The translations under genes were made by a program, and so were the position numbers. A stretch of 64,000 nucleotides of DNA from Peptococcaceae bacterium UBA5356 (lineage in GTDB: Bacteria; Bacillota; Peptococcia; DRI-13; DTU073): assembly GCA_002407935.1 (NCBI GenBank), contig DHPU01000008.1, positions 9,430 through 73,429 on the forward strand, written 5' to 3'. This document shows, in pieces, positions 19,599 to 29,171 of the stretch (the first letter of the stretch is position 1; each line of letters opens with the position of its first letter). The notes below the pieces were generated by a model. It was not told the origin of the DNA. It ran no database searches and worked only from the letters and a program-made list of their open reading frames with translations.

Positions 19599-19676
19599 AG
19601 ACAGAGAGACAGAGAAATGATAAAGAAATAAAGAGATAAAGAGATAGAAAAGAGATAGAGATAAAGAGATGAAAAC
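19596..19676 (+). repeat. Purine-only (AG-rich) degenerate tandem tract, units of AGAGATA(A/G)A
   Basis: tagagacagagagacagagaaatgataaagaaataaagagataaagagatagaaaagagatagagataaagagatg spans the whole lepA-hemW intergenic region. Confidence 0.7.
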
Positions 19677-20808
19677 GGTCGGCATTTATGTACATCTGCC
19701 CTTTTGCCGGGCTAAGTGTCATTATTGTGATTTCGTTTCCTATGCGGGACGAAGTGAAGAGGAAAAAAATGCTTATCTTTTAGCCTTGACCAAAGAAGGC
19801 GAGATTTATCGTCGGCGTTTCGCCGAGGTTACCGGAAAAAGTTTGTATATTGGCGGCGGCACGCCCACTTGTTTAACAGGTGGGCAGCTTTTTAGGCTTT
19901 TTAATATATTGCACCACCTTTTTCAGCTGCCGCAAGGGATAGAGGTAACGGTTGAGGCTAATCCGGGCACTTTAAATGCGGATAAACTTACTTGTTTAAG
20001 AGAAGTTGGTTGCAACAGACTTTCTCTGGGGGTGCAAAGTTTTTCTTCCCGTGACTTACAAGTTTTGGGCCGGATTCATACTCCCCGAGAAGTAGATGCT
20101 ACTTATGAGCTGGCACGACAGGCGGGGTTTACGAATATTAATCTGGATTTAATGTATGGCTTACCGGGTCAGGATTTGCCGGGGTGGCGGACAACTTTAC
20201 GTAAGGCCGCAGAGCTGAGGCCGGAACATCTTTCCTTGTATCAGCTTAATATAGAAAAAGAGACTCCTTTTGGCCAATTACTGCAAAAAGGTCTCTTTGC
20301 AGAGTTTGACCAAGATGAAGCCTTTCTCATGTACGAGGAAGCGATTAATTTTTTGGAAAACAAAGGATATCGTCATTATGAAATCAGCAATTTCGCTTTA
20401 CCCGGGAAGGAAGCTTTTCATAATCAATTATATTGGCTGAATGAGGAGTATTTAGGGTTAGGAGCCGGTGCAGCCGGTTTTTTGCAGGGGGTTCGTTACA
20501 AAAATACAGCTGAGTTGTCGGGATATCAGGAGCAGCTTAGCCAAGGGAAGTTACCGATCATAGAAGAAGAACTAATTAATGAAGAACTGAGCATGGCCGA
20601 GACGATGTTTTTGGGTTTGCGGAGGCGGGAAGGGGTAAACAAGGCGGATTTTTTGCAAAAATACGGGTTTAGTATCGAAAATAAGTATGGCGAAGTTTTA
20701 GGTAAATTAATTACACAAGGGCTTTTGGAGGAAACGTCAACCCAAATAGTACTAAGCCGTAAGGGCTTATATATCGCGAATCTGGTAATGCAGGAGTTTC
20801 TTTCTTGA
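19669..20808 (+). CDS. hemW: Radical SAM heme chaperone HemW (formerly HemN-like oxygen-independent coproporphyrinogen oxidase)
   Basis: CxxxCxxC cluster motif HLPFCRAKCHYCDF, GGGTP; conserved lepA-hemW-hrcA synteny. Confidence 0.9.
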   Translation: MKTVGIYVHLPFCRAKCHYCDFVSYAGRSEEEKNAYLLALTKEGEIYRRRFAEVTGKSLYIGGGTPTCLTGGQLFRLFNILHHLFQLPQGIEVTVEANPGTLNADKLTCLREVGCNRLSLGVQSFSSRDLQVLGRIHTPREVDATYELARQAGFTNINLDLMYGLPGQDLPGWRTTLRKAAELRPEHLSLYQLNIEKETPFGQLLQKGLFAEFDQDEAFLMYEEAINFLENKGYRHYEISNFALPGKEAFHNQLYWLNEEYLGLGAGAAGFLQGVRYKNTAELSGYQEQLSQGKLPIIEEELINEELSMAETMFLGLRRREGVNKADFLQKYGFSIENKYGEVLGKLITQGLLEETSTQIVLSRKGLYIANLVMQEFLS

Positions 20809-20850
20809 AAGACCTCGATTTAAGAAAGGGTACTACTTAAAGAAGTAGTG

Positions 20851-20879
20851 TTGACAAAAAAAACACATAATGGTATTTT
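20851..20879 (+). promoter_or_regulatory. Sigma-A type promoter of the hrcA/dnaK operon
   Basis: TTGACA-N17-TATTTT, directly upstream of the CIRCE operator. Confidence 0.55.
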
Positions 20880-20893
20880 AAAAGAGGAATACT

Positions 20894-20920
20894 TTAGCAC
20901 TCAAGAAGGGGGAGTGCTAA
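20894..20920 (+). promoter_or_regulatory. CIRCE operator (HrcA binding site)
   Basis: Perfect match to TTAGCACTC-N9-GAGTGCTAA (ttagcactc aagaagggg gagtgctaa). Confidence 0.97.
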
Positions 20921-20940
20921 CAAGGAGGCGGTGATGAAGC

Positions 20941-21966
20941 TTGAAAATGGAGGAAAGAAAGCAGCAAATTTTACAGGCGCTCATCCTTGATTACATTGCG
21001 ACCGGTGATCCGGTCGGCTCCCGTACCATTGCTCGTAAATATAAACTGGGAGTGAGTTCGGCAACGATTCGTAATGAAATGGCGGATTTAGAGGAGCTGG
21101 GATTGATTGAACAGCCCTATACCTCCGCGGGCAGGATCCCTTCACAATTAGGATATCGCTATTATGTTGATTGTTTGATGGAAAGGAAACCGTTAGCAGA
21201 TTCTGTGAAGAAGTATATTCAGGATACTTTGTTGGATAAAATTAAAGAAACGGAATCTCTCATTCAATTAGCCAGTAAGCTTTTATCTCAACTAACCAAT
21301 TATACGGCCATCGTAATGGCTCCGACTTATGGCAAAAATGTGTTAAGACATGTACAGTTATTACCGCTGGAAAACAATAAGGTTGTGTTGGTTATTGTCT
21401 TGGATAATGGGCATGTAGAACATCGTACTTTGGATTTTTCTCTGTCGTTAAGAGGGGAAGATTTTGAGAGGCTCTCTGCTATTTTAAATGCTCATTTGCG
21501 GGGTTTATCTTTGGAACAATGGAAGTCGGGTGTTTTCCAAGCTATTTATCATGAACTTGATTATCAAAAACGGCTCTTAAACCAGGTGATGGAGCTGGTT
21601 GAAAATGTTTTATCTGTTGAGTATGAAAGCAAGGTATACTTAGGAGGAGCTCTTAATATTTTAAACCAGCCGGAGTTTAAGGATGTGGAAAAGGTTAAGG
21701 TAATTTTGGAGCTGCTAGAAGAGGAGAGAGCTTTGAAAGAAGTCCTGGGGATGGGACAGGAATTAGGTATATCGGTAAAAATCGGGACAGAAAACCCTCA
21801 TGAGGGGATGAAGGATTGTAGTTTGATTACAGCTACTTATGAGCTAAACGGAAAGGTAATTGGAACTTTAGGAGTTCTTGGACCTACGCGGATGGAATAT
21901 TCTAAGGCGGTCAGCGTTGTGGATTTTTTAACGTCTGCCTTGGCAGAAGGATTACGCAAGCTGTAG
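20941..21966 (+). CDS. hrcA: Heat-inducible transcription repressor HrcA
   Basis: ILQALILDYIATGDPVGSRTIARKY...SSATIRNEMADLEELGL; CIRCE upstream. The start may be the ATG at 20947. Confidence 0.97.
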   Translation: MKMEERKQQILQALILDYIATGDPVGSRTIARKYKLGVSSATIRNEMADLEELGLIEQPYTSAGRIPSQLGYRYYVDCLMERKPLADSVKKYIQDTLLDKIKETESLIQLASKLLSQLTNYTAIVMAPTYGKNVLRHVQLLPLENNKVVLVIVLDNGHVEHRTLDFSLSLRGEDFERLSAILNAHLRGLSLEQWKSGVFQAIYHELDYQKRLLNQVMELVENVLSVEYESKVYLGGALNILNQPEFKDVEKVKVILELLEEERALKEVLGMGQELGISVKIGTENPHEGMKDCSLITATYELNGKVIGTLGVLGPTRMEYSKAVSVVDFLTSALAEGLRKL

Positions 21967-21997
21967 TAAGTTAGAAATATTGTTACCGGAGGATATT

Positions 21998-23563
21998 ATG
22001 ATGAATAAAAATCAGCAAAGCAGTCAAAATTCCGGAGAAGAACGTTTATCAGCACTGATGACCAATGCTAATGCCATCAAAGTGATTGCCCAAGCGGTAG
22101 AAGGAACACTGGGTCCGAAGGGGCTGGATACAATGCTGATAGACCAGTTTGGGGATGTGGTGATTACCAATGATGGGGTCACGATTTTAGAATTAATGGA
22201 TGTAAATCATCCTGCGGCCAGGATGTTGATTAATATTGCCAAGGCGCAGCAGGAAGAAATCGGGGATGGAACTACTACGGCGACAATTTTGGCGGGGGCC
22301 TTGGTTAATGAAGGGGTTAATCAGGTTAGGAAAGGGGTTCCTGTGGTCAAAGTTATTGAAGGGATGCGTTGGGGAATTACTAAAGCCATACAGGCCTTTG
22401 AGGAAAAAGCTATTCAGGTAAAAGAGGTTCATGATATTGCCCTGAAAGAAGTAGCCAGAGTAGCGGCGAGAGGGAAAGTGGATATTGCCGATTTAGTGAC
22501 GAGGGCTGCTCAGCTGATTGGTAAAGAAAAATTAGTAGATCCTTCTTTTAAGCTGGCAGAGATTATTCGTGCGGTAGAAGGGGCCGAAAATCAGGTTGTT
22601 TCAGGAGTAATTATAGAGAAGGAACCGGTCAATCCCGAAATGCCTAAAAAGCTGACCAAGGTTAAAGTGGCGGTAATTGATGATGCTTTAGAGCCGGAGG
22701 AAATAGAGGATGAGGCTTTAGGAACGGAAGCCGGTTTCACCCGTTATATGAGGCTTCAGGAGGAATTTGGGCAAAATGTAGCTAAACTAACCCGTTTAGG
22801 GGTGGGATTAGTCTTAGTAGATCGGGGAATCCATGATAAGGCAGAGGAGATTTTTACGGATGCCGGAATCATGGTTTTGCAACGGGTTCCTAATAAGCAA
22901 TTACGGCAGGCGGCCGAATTTACCGGAGCAAAACCGCTGAAACGAACAGGCTTGAAAAAAGAGGAGAAAGAACTCGTCCAGTTGATAGGAGAGGCAGAAG
23001 CGGTATATTTGGATGAAAAGTTAAAGCACGTCTGTATCCTGGGCGGAAAGGGTAAAGCCCAAGCTACTGTTTTGGTAGGGGCTTCTACTGAAGAGGTTGT
23101 GGGAGAGAGAGAACGCATTGCCAAGGATGCGGCGGCGGCGGTACAGGCGGCTGTAAAAGACGGTATTGTGGCTGGAGGCGGTGCGATGGAATTGGCGATT
23201 GCCTGTCAGATAAGCGGCTTCCGTCAGGAAGCCAGGGGGATGGCTGTTTATGGGGTAGATTGTGTGGTAGAAGCTTTAAAACAGCCTTTTGCGCAAATTG
23301 TTTTAAATGCCGGTTTTAACCCCTTGGAGAAGTTAGGAAATATTATGGCGGCACAGGCGGAAAAAGGGAAGGATTCCTTGGGGATTAATTGTGATAGCGG
23401 GGAAATTGCCGATATGCTGGAAATGGGTATTTATGATCCCGTTTTAGTGAAAAAGCATGCCCTCAAAGCTGCCGGAGAGGTAGCAGAAGCAGTTTTACGT
23501 ATTGATACGATTATTAAGAAGAAGGAGCGAGGTTCAGCAAACATTTCCCAAAGAGAAGAATAA
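21998..23563 (+). CDS. Thermosome/TCP-1 family (group II-like, bacterial group III) chaperonin
   Basis: [50 protein letters not shown] and [27 protein letters not shown] are CCT/thermosome signatures, not GroEL. RBS GGAGGA before the ATG at 21998. Located between hrcA and grpE. Confidence 0.9.
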   Translation: MMNKNQQSSQNSGEERLSALMTNANAIKVIAQAVEGTLGPKGLDTMLIDQFGDVVITNDGVTILELMDVNHPAARMLINIAKAQQEEIGDGTTTATILAGALVNEGVNQVRKGVPVVKVIEGMRWGITKAIQAFEEKAIQVKEVHDIALKEVARVAARGKVDIADLVTRAAQLIGKEKLVDPSFKLAEIIRAVEGAENQVVSGVIIEKEPVNPEMPKKLTKVKVAVIDDALEPEEIEDEALGTEAGFTRYMRLQEEFGQNVAKLTRLGVGLVLVDRGIHDKAEEIFTDAGIMVLQRVPNKQLRQAAEFTGAKPLKRTGLKKEEKELVQLIGEAEAVYLDEKLKHVCILGGKGKAQATVLVGASTEEVVGERERIAKDAAAAVQAAVKDGIVAGGGAMELAIACQISGFRQEARGMAVYGVDCVVEALKQPFAQIVLNAGFNPLEKLGNIMAAQAEKGKDSLGINCDSGEIADMLEMGIYDPVLVKKHALKAAGEVAEAVLRIDTIIKKKERGSANISQREE

Positions 23564-23571
23564 GCATAGGG

Positions 23572-24138
23572 GTGAAGACAGTAATGCAGGAAGAAAATTT
23601 AAAAGAAGTAAACTTAAAAGAGGAAAATTCAAAAGAAGTAGAGTTGAAAGAAGAGTTAAAGCAAGATAGTTCTGTGGAGGAAGGATCAGAAAATGGGGGT
23701 GAGGAATTAGCTGAAGCAAAGGAACGACTGCTGAGAATTCACGCCGATTTTGACAATTATCGTAAAAGGGTAAACAAGGAGAAGGAAGAATGGTTTCAGT
23801 ATTCTTGTATGGGTCTTGTGGAAAAACTTCTTCCGGTTCTTGATAATTTTGATTTAGCCATGGATTCTTTAGAGCAACAGAATGAAGAAGTAAAAAAGAT
23901 TTTCTCGGGAATCAGTATGATCGTAAAGCAGCTGAAAGAAATATTACAAAACGAAGGATTGGAGCCTATTCAAGCTGTTGGCGAAAATTTCGATCCGCTT
24001 TTTCATGAGGCTGTGATGCAGGTTCCGGCAGAAGACGAGATGATGGATAATCAGATTGTGGAGGAAATGCGGAAAGGATATCGTTTTAAAGAAAAGGTAC
24101 TTAGAGCATCAATGGTTAAAGTAGCTAAAAACAGTTAA
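23572..24138 (+). CDS. grpE: Nucleotide exchange factor GrpE
   Basis: RIHADFDNYRKRVNKE ... FDPLFHEAV ... GYRFKEKVLRASMVKV. The start could be the ATG at 23584. Confidence 0.95.
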   Translation: MKTVMQEENLKEVNLKEENSKEVELKEELKQDSSVEEGSENGGEELAEAKERLLRIHADFDNYRKRVNKEKEEWFQYSCMGLVEKLLPVLDNFDLAMDSLEQQNEEVKKIFSGISMIVKQLKEILQNEGLEPIQAVGENFDPLFHEAVMQVPAEDEMMDNQIVEEMRKGYRFKEKVLRASMVKVAKNS

Positions 24139-24193
24139 AGATTTTTAAAATTAATTGACAAATTTTTTTAATTGGCAAGGAGGAAAAAGAAAA

Positions 24194-26071
24194 ATGGGAA
24201 AAGTAATTGGTATTGATTTAGGAACGACCAACTCTTGTGTGGCTTGTATGGAAGGAGGAGAGTCAGTAGTTATTGCTAACTCTGAAGGAAATAGAACTAC
24301 TCCTTCGGTGGTGGCTTTTTCTAAAACAGATGAAAGATTGGTAGGGCAAGTAGCCAAAAGGCAGGCCGTTACTAATTCGGAACGGACAATTCAATCCATT
24401 AAAAGAGAGATGGGCTCCAATTATAAAGTGCAGATTGGGGATAAAGAATATACTCCTCAGCAAATTTCGGCGATGATTTTGCAAAAATTGAAAGCAGATG
24501 CAGAAAGTTATTTGGGAACTCAAGTAACCCAGGCCGTGATTACTGTTCCGGCTTATTTTAATGATTCACAGCGTCAAGCAACTAAAGATGCGGGAACGAT
24601 TGCCGGACTAGAGGTATTACGTATCATTAACGAACCTACGGCAGCAGCCTTAGCCTATGGAATTGAAAAAGAGGAAGATCGGACGATCCTCGTTTTTGAC
24701 CTGGGAGGAGGAACCTTCGATGTTTCAATCTTGGAACTGGGTGATGGGGTATTCGAAGTTAAAGCTACCAGCGGTAATAACCGTTTGGGCGGTGATGACT
24801 TTGATATGCGCATCGTTAATTGGATGAACGAGGAGTTTAAAAAACAAACAGGGATAGAGTTAAAAAATGACCGGATGGCGATGCAACGCCTGAGAGAGGC
24901 GGCGGAAAAAGCTAAACACGAGCTTTCCTCGCTGATGACTACTAATATTAATTTGCCTTTTATCACTGCTACGGCAGAAGGACCGGCTCATCTTGATTTA
25001 AATCTGACCAGGGCCAAATTCAATGAATTAACGGCAGACTTGGTGGAAGCGACCATGGGACCTACTCGTCAAGCTTTGCAGGATGCTAATCTTAAGGCGC
25101 AAGATATTGATAAGGTTTTATTGGTAGGGGGTTCTACTCGGATACCGGCTGTGCAGGAAGCGATTAAAAATCTCCTGGGCAAGGAACCTTTTAAAGGTAT
25201 TAATCCTGATGAATGTGTAGCCGTTGGAGCCGCTATCCAGGGCGGGGTTTTGGCAGGCGATGTGAAAGATGTCTTGCTGCTGGATGTTACACCTCTCTCC
25301 TTGGGGATTGAGACATTGGGTGGTGTTTCGACAAAGCTCATTGAAAGGAATATGACCATTCCTACTTCGAAGAGTCAAATCTTTTCTACGGCCGCTGATA
25401 ACCAGACCTCGGTAGAGATTCATGTACTGCAGGGGGAAAGGGAAATGGCTGCCTACAACAAGACGCTGGGACGTTTCCAACTTACGGGTATTCCTCCGGC
25501 ACCGAGAGGTATTCCGCAGATTGAAGTTAAATTTGATATTGATGCAAATGGCATCGTCAATGTTTCGGCTAAGGATTTGGGCACCGGAAAAGAACAAAAA
25601 ATTACGATCACCTCTTCTTCCGGTTTAAGTAAAGATGAAATAGACCAGATGGTCAAAGAAGCAGAAAAGAATGCAGCCGAAGATCAAAAACGGAAAGAAG
25701 AAGTAGAAATTAAGAATCAGGCCGATAATCTTCTTTATCAGACGGAAAAAACCTTAAAAGAAGCCGGCGACAAAGCTACTCAGGAAGATAAGGAAAAGAT
25801 CGGTCAAGCGCAAGAAGCTTTGCAAAAAGCCGTGGAAAGCGGTAATACCGAAGAGATCAAGAGTAAGACGGAAGAATTAACGCAGGCTTTATATGGTTTA
25901 ACCTCACGGATGTATCAGCAACAGGCTCAGCCGGGAGCAGAAACCGGTCAGACTAACCAAGGCGGAGCCGGAGCCGGAGCCGGTGCTACTTCCGGGCAAG
26001 CGGACGAAGAAGAAAATATTGTGGATGCTGATTATGAAGTGAAGGATGACAATAACCAAGGGAAAAACTAA
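24194..26071 (+). CDS. dnaK: Molecular chaperone DnaK (Hsp70)
   Basis: [14 protein letters not shown] start (ATG 24194 after GGAGGA), DLGGGTFD, and other Hsp70 signatures throughout. Confidence 0.99.
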   Translation: MGKVIGIDLGTTNSCVACMEGGESVVIANSEGNRTTPSVVAFSKTDERLVGQVAKRQAVTNSERTIQSIKREMGSNYKVQIGDKEYTPQQISAMILQKLKADAESYLGTQVTQAVITVPAYFNDSQRQATKDAGTIAGLEVLRIINEPTAAALAYGIEKEEDRTILVFDLGGGTFDVSILELGDGVFEVKATSGNNRLGGDDFDMRIVNWMNEEFKKQTGIELKNDRMAMQRLREAAEKAKHELSSLMTTNINLPFITATAEGPAHLDLNLTRAKFNELTADLVEATMGPTRQALQDANLKAQDIDKVLLVGGSTRIPAVQEAIKNLLGKEPFKGINPDECVAVGAAIQGGVLAGDVKDVLLLDVTPLSLGIETLGGVSTKLIERNMTIPTSKSQIFSTAADNQTSVEIHVLQGEREMAAYNKTLGRFQLTGIPPAPRGIPQIEVKFDIDANGIVNVSAKDLGTGKEQKITITSSSGLSKDEIDQMVKEAEKNAAEDQKRKEEVEIKNQADNLLYQTEKTLKEAGDKATQEDKEKIGQAQEALQKAVESGNTEEIKSKTEELTQALYGLTSRMYQQQAQPGAETGQTNQGGAGAGAGATSGQADEEENIVDADYEVKDDNNQGKN

Positions 26072-26121
26072 AGAAGGACTAAAAAAGGCAAGGTAATCTT
26101 GAATAAAGAACCTGAAGAACG

Positions 26122-26153
26122 CGGCTTCCGGAAAAAGCTAATACCGGAAGCCG
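26122..26153 (+). other. Intercistronic stem-loop between dnaK and dnaJ (partial terminator / mRNA stabiliser)
   Basis: Perfect 10-bp stem cggcttccgg / ccggaagccg with a 12-nt loop and no strong T-run. Confidence 0.5.
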
Positions 26154-26208
26154 GTTCAAATGTTTAGAATACTTATGTAGTGTCTGGTGGGGAGAGTGAG
26201 GTGACATC

Positions 26209-27375
26209 GTGGCAAAAAGAGATTATTATGAGGTTCTCGGCGTGGAAAAAAACGCCGGGGAGGCAGAAATTAAAAAAGCTTTTCGTAAATTAGCTCGTCA
26301 ATATCATCCCGATGTAAACCCCGGTAATAAAGCTGCCGAAGAGAAATTCAAAGAAGTAAATGAAGCTTATGAGGTTTTGAGTGACTCGGAAAAACGGCAA
26401 AGATATGATCAATTAGGTCATGACGGTATTGATCCGAACGGCTTTGGCGGCGGCTTCGGTGGTTTTGGCGGATTTGGGGAAAATACGGCGGACTTCGGCG
26501 GCTTTGGTGATATTTTTGATATGTTTTTCGGGGGAGGAACGTCGACACGAGCAAAAGGTCCTCAGCAGGGTGCTGATTTAAGGTATGATCTAGGATTATC
26601 TTTTGAAGAGGCGGCTTTTGGCGTAGAAAAAGACTTAGAATTGCCGCGCCTGGAAAACTGTCCTACTTGCCATGGCAGCGGGGCTAAACCGGGAACAAGT
26701 CCTACCACTTGTGCAAAATGTCAGGGGACAGGGCAGATCCGGATTACGCAGCGAACACCTTTGGGGCAGTTCCAGACTATTAAAACATGTCCTGAATGTG
26801 GCGGGGAAGGAAAAACGATTGCTAACCCTTGTTCAGAATGCCACGGCAGAGGAAAAATACGGAAGAACCGGAAGCTGCATATTAAGATACCGGCAGGTAT
26901 TGACAATGGCTCTCGGATCCGTTTGTCGGGGGAAGGCGAGCCGGGAACACGCGGGGGAGCGACAGGTGATTTATATGTTTTTATCGAAGTGAGACCCCAT
27001 AAGATTTTCGAAAGACGGGGCAATGACATCTATATGGAATTTCCTGTGACCTTTGTGCAGGCTACTTTGGGTGCGGAGGTTCAGGTACCCACCTTGGAAG
27101 GAAACGCTACTTTGAAAATACCGGAGGGAACACAGACCCATACGGTATTGAGGTTAAGAGGACAAGGGATTCCTTATTTACGGGGGAGCGGACGGGGCGA
27201 TCAACATATTAGGGTTATTGTAGTGACACCGACGAAGCTTAGTGAGGAACAGAAACAAGTGCTACGTCAGTTTGATGGCAGTACGGATAAAAGCAATTAT
27301 CATTCCAGGGGAAAAGGAAGGGATAAAGGGCTTTTGGAAAAGCTCTGGGATAGCCTGAAAGGAATGGGAGAATAA
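26209..27375 (+). CDS. dnaJ: Co-chaperone DnaJ (Hsp40)
   Basis: J-domain with HPD (YHPDVNPG), a G/F-rich region and four CxxCxGxG zinc-finger repeats; GTG start. Confidence 0.98.
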   Translation: MAKRDYYEVLGVEKNAGEAEIKKAFRKLARQYHPDVNPGNKAAEEKFKEVNEAYEVLSDSEKRQRYDQLGHDGIDPNGFGGGFGGFGGFGENTADFGGFGDIFDMFFGGGTSTRAKGPQQGADLRYDLGLSFEEAAFGVEKDLELPRLENCPTCHGSGAKPGTSPTTCAKCQGTGQIRITQRTPLGQFQTIKTCPECGGEGKTIANPCSECHGRGKIRKNRKLHIKIPAGIDNGSRIRLSGEGEPGTRGGATGDLYVFIEVRPHKIFERRGNDIYMEFPVTFVQATLGAEVQVPTLEGNATLKIPEGTQTHTVLRLRGQGIPYLRGSGRGDQHIRVIVVTPTKLSEEQKQVLRQFDGSTDKSNYHSRGKGRDKGLLEKLWDSLKGMGE

Positions 27376-27379
27376 GCTT

Positions 27380-28312
27380 ATGGAATGGCAAGAGATCACT
27401 GTAATTACGGTACCTGATGCGGTAGAAGCAGTGGCGCAATGTTTTTATCAGGTAGGTTCGGGTGGGGTGGTTATCGAAGATTCCGCCCTGTTAAAGACCA
27501 AGATAAATGAAGGTAAATGGGATGCCTTTGAATTCCCGGAAGAAATGTTGCAACGTTCTTTTCCGGTGGTCAAAGGCTATTTGCCTGTAAATGAAGAGTT
27601 ACCGCCAAAGCTGGAGGAATTAAAAAGAGGGATTGAGGAAATCATGGCGCGCCTGGGTCAAGCTCCGGGGACTATTACGCTGGCTACTGTGCAGGAAGAA
27701 GACTGGGCGAATTCTTGGAAAGCTTATTTTAAACCTTTCAAGCTGGGAAACAAAATAGTAATTAAGCCTTCCTGGGAAAGTTATCAGGCCGGAGAAGGGG
27801 AAATTGTCCTGGAAATGGATCCCGGCATGGCTTTTGGGACGGGAACGCATATTACGACGGCAATGTGTGCGGCTTTTTTAGAAAAGTATCTGCAACCGGG
27901 TGATCGGGTTTATGACGTGGGAACAGGTACGGGTATTTTGGCAATGATGGCGGCATCGATAGGGGCACAATCAGTTTTAGCTTTGGATTATGATCAGGTA
28001 GCGGTCAGGGTAGCCGGAGAAAATATTGCTCATAATGGGTTAGAACAGCTTGTAACGGTGAAGCAAAATGATTTGCTGGACGGAGTAGAGGGGAAGGCGG
28101 ATTTCATCGCAGCTAATATTATTGCCGATATCATTCTCAAGTTGCTCCCACAGGTACAAGCCCGGTTGAGAACCGGGGGCCTTTTCCTTGCCTCCGGAAT
28201 TATTGAGGAGCGGCAGGCGGAAGTGAGGCAGACCGCACAAGCAGCAGGGTTTGAACTTTTAGAGGAACGAAGCAAGGAGGAGTGGGTTGCTCAGGTTTGG
28301 CGATTAAAATAA
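27380..28312 (+). CDS. prmA: Ribosomal protein L11 methyltransferase
   Basis: GMAFGTGTHITT, SAM motif VYDVGTGTGILA, and conserved dnaJ-prmA-rsmE order. Confidence 0.95.
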   Translation: MEWQEITVITVPDAVEAVAQCFYQVGSGGVVIEDSALLKTKINEGKWDAFEFPEEMLQRSFPVVKGYLPVNEELPPKLEELKRGIEEIMARLGQAPGTITLATVQEEDWANSWKAYFKPFKLGNKIVIKPSWESYQAGEGEIVLEMDPGMAFGTGTHITTAMCAAFLEKYLQPGDRVYDVGTGTGILAMMAASIGAQSVLALDYDQVAVRVAGENIAHNGLEQLVTVKQNDLLDGVEGKADFIAANIIADIILKLLPQVQARLRTGGLFLASGIIEERQAEVRQTAQAAGFELLEERSKEEWVAQVWRLK

Positions 28313-28370
28313 GGTAAGATGAAATTCAGGAAAATTATTAAGCATTAAGCGGTAAGTAGGAAGTGGATGT

Positions 28371-29171
28371 ATGCATAGATTTTTTGTGTGGAAAGAAGAT
28401 ATAAAGAATCATCAAGCGGTAATCAAGGGAGAAGAATTTAGGCATCTTTCTAAGGTGTTGCGCTTAACGTCAGGAGATGCGGTGACCATTTTTGACGGAG
28501 AAGGTCGGGAATATTTGGGCAACATCTTGACGGTGGGCAAGGAGGAAGCACTTGTTGAGATAGGGGAACCTCTTTTTCTATCTCGGGAAAGTCCTTTAGA
28601 GGTATGGCTTGTGCAAGGGATTCCTAAAGGGGAAAAGATGGAGATGATTATCCAAAAGGCTACGGAGTTAGGGGTACGCGGGATTATTCCTCTCAAAACA
28701 CAGCGTTGTGTAGTTAAGTTGGAAGGTAAAAAAGAGGAAGAGCGTCGGAAACGCTGGCAGAAGGTGGCGGTAGAAGCTGCTAAACAATGCCGCCGGGCGT
28801 TGGTGCCGGAGGTGTTGTCTCCCTGTAGTATTACAAATTTTTTGACCGGTTTACCGCAAGAGCGGCATCTTTTTGTACCCTGGGAAGAAGGCGGGGTTTC
28901 GATCAAAGAGGTATTAACAGCACAACCGCTTTCTCCTGTGATTAGGTCAGCATCCGGATTCCTTTCTGAATCTGAATCTAAATTTGGTTCCGTACCTGTG
29001 CCTGTGTATCTGGTAATTGGGCCGGAAGGCGGTTTAGCCGCAGAAGAAGTTGATCAGATGAAGAATTATGGGGGTATCCCCTTAACTTTGGGGCCTCGGA
29101 TTTTACGAACGGAGACAGCTGGACTTGCTGCCCTAGCGGTAGTAATGTTTGCTTGGGGGGACTTAGGATAA
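28371..29171 (+). CDS. rsmE: 16S rRNA (uracil1498-N3)-methyltransferase
   Basis: MHRFFV start, PUA-like N-terminus, C-terminal SPOUT motif IGPEGGL...E and LGPRILRTETA. Confidence 0.93.
   Translation: MHRFFVWKEDIKNHQAVIKGEEFRHLSKVLRLTSGDAVTIFDGEGREYLGNILTVGKEEALVEIGEPLFLSRESPLEVWLVQGIPKGEKMEMIIQKATELGVRGIIPLKTQRCVVKLEGKKEEERRKRWQKVAVEAAKQCRRALVPEVLSPCSITNFLTGLPQERHLFVPWEEGGVSIKEVLTAQPLSPVIRSASGFLSESESKFGSVPVPVYLVIGPEGGLAAEEVDQMKNYGGIPLTLGPRILRTETAGLAALAVVMFAWGDLG

Noticed and set aside
25118-25597. 159-aa antisense ORF within dnaK, and a similar 164-aa ORF antisense to rsmE (28412-28906)
   Set aside because: They lie opposite highly conserved genes and have no independent signals.
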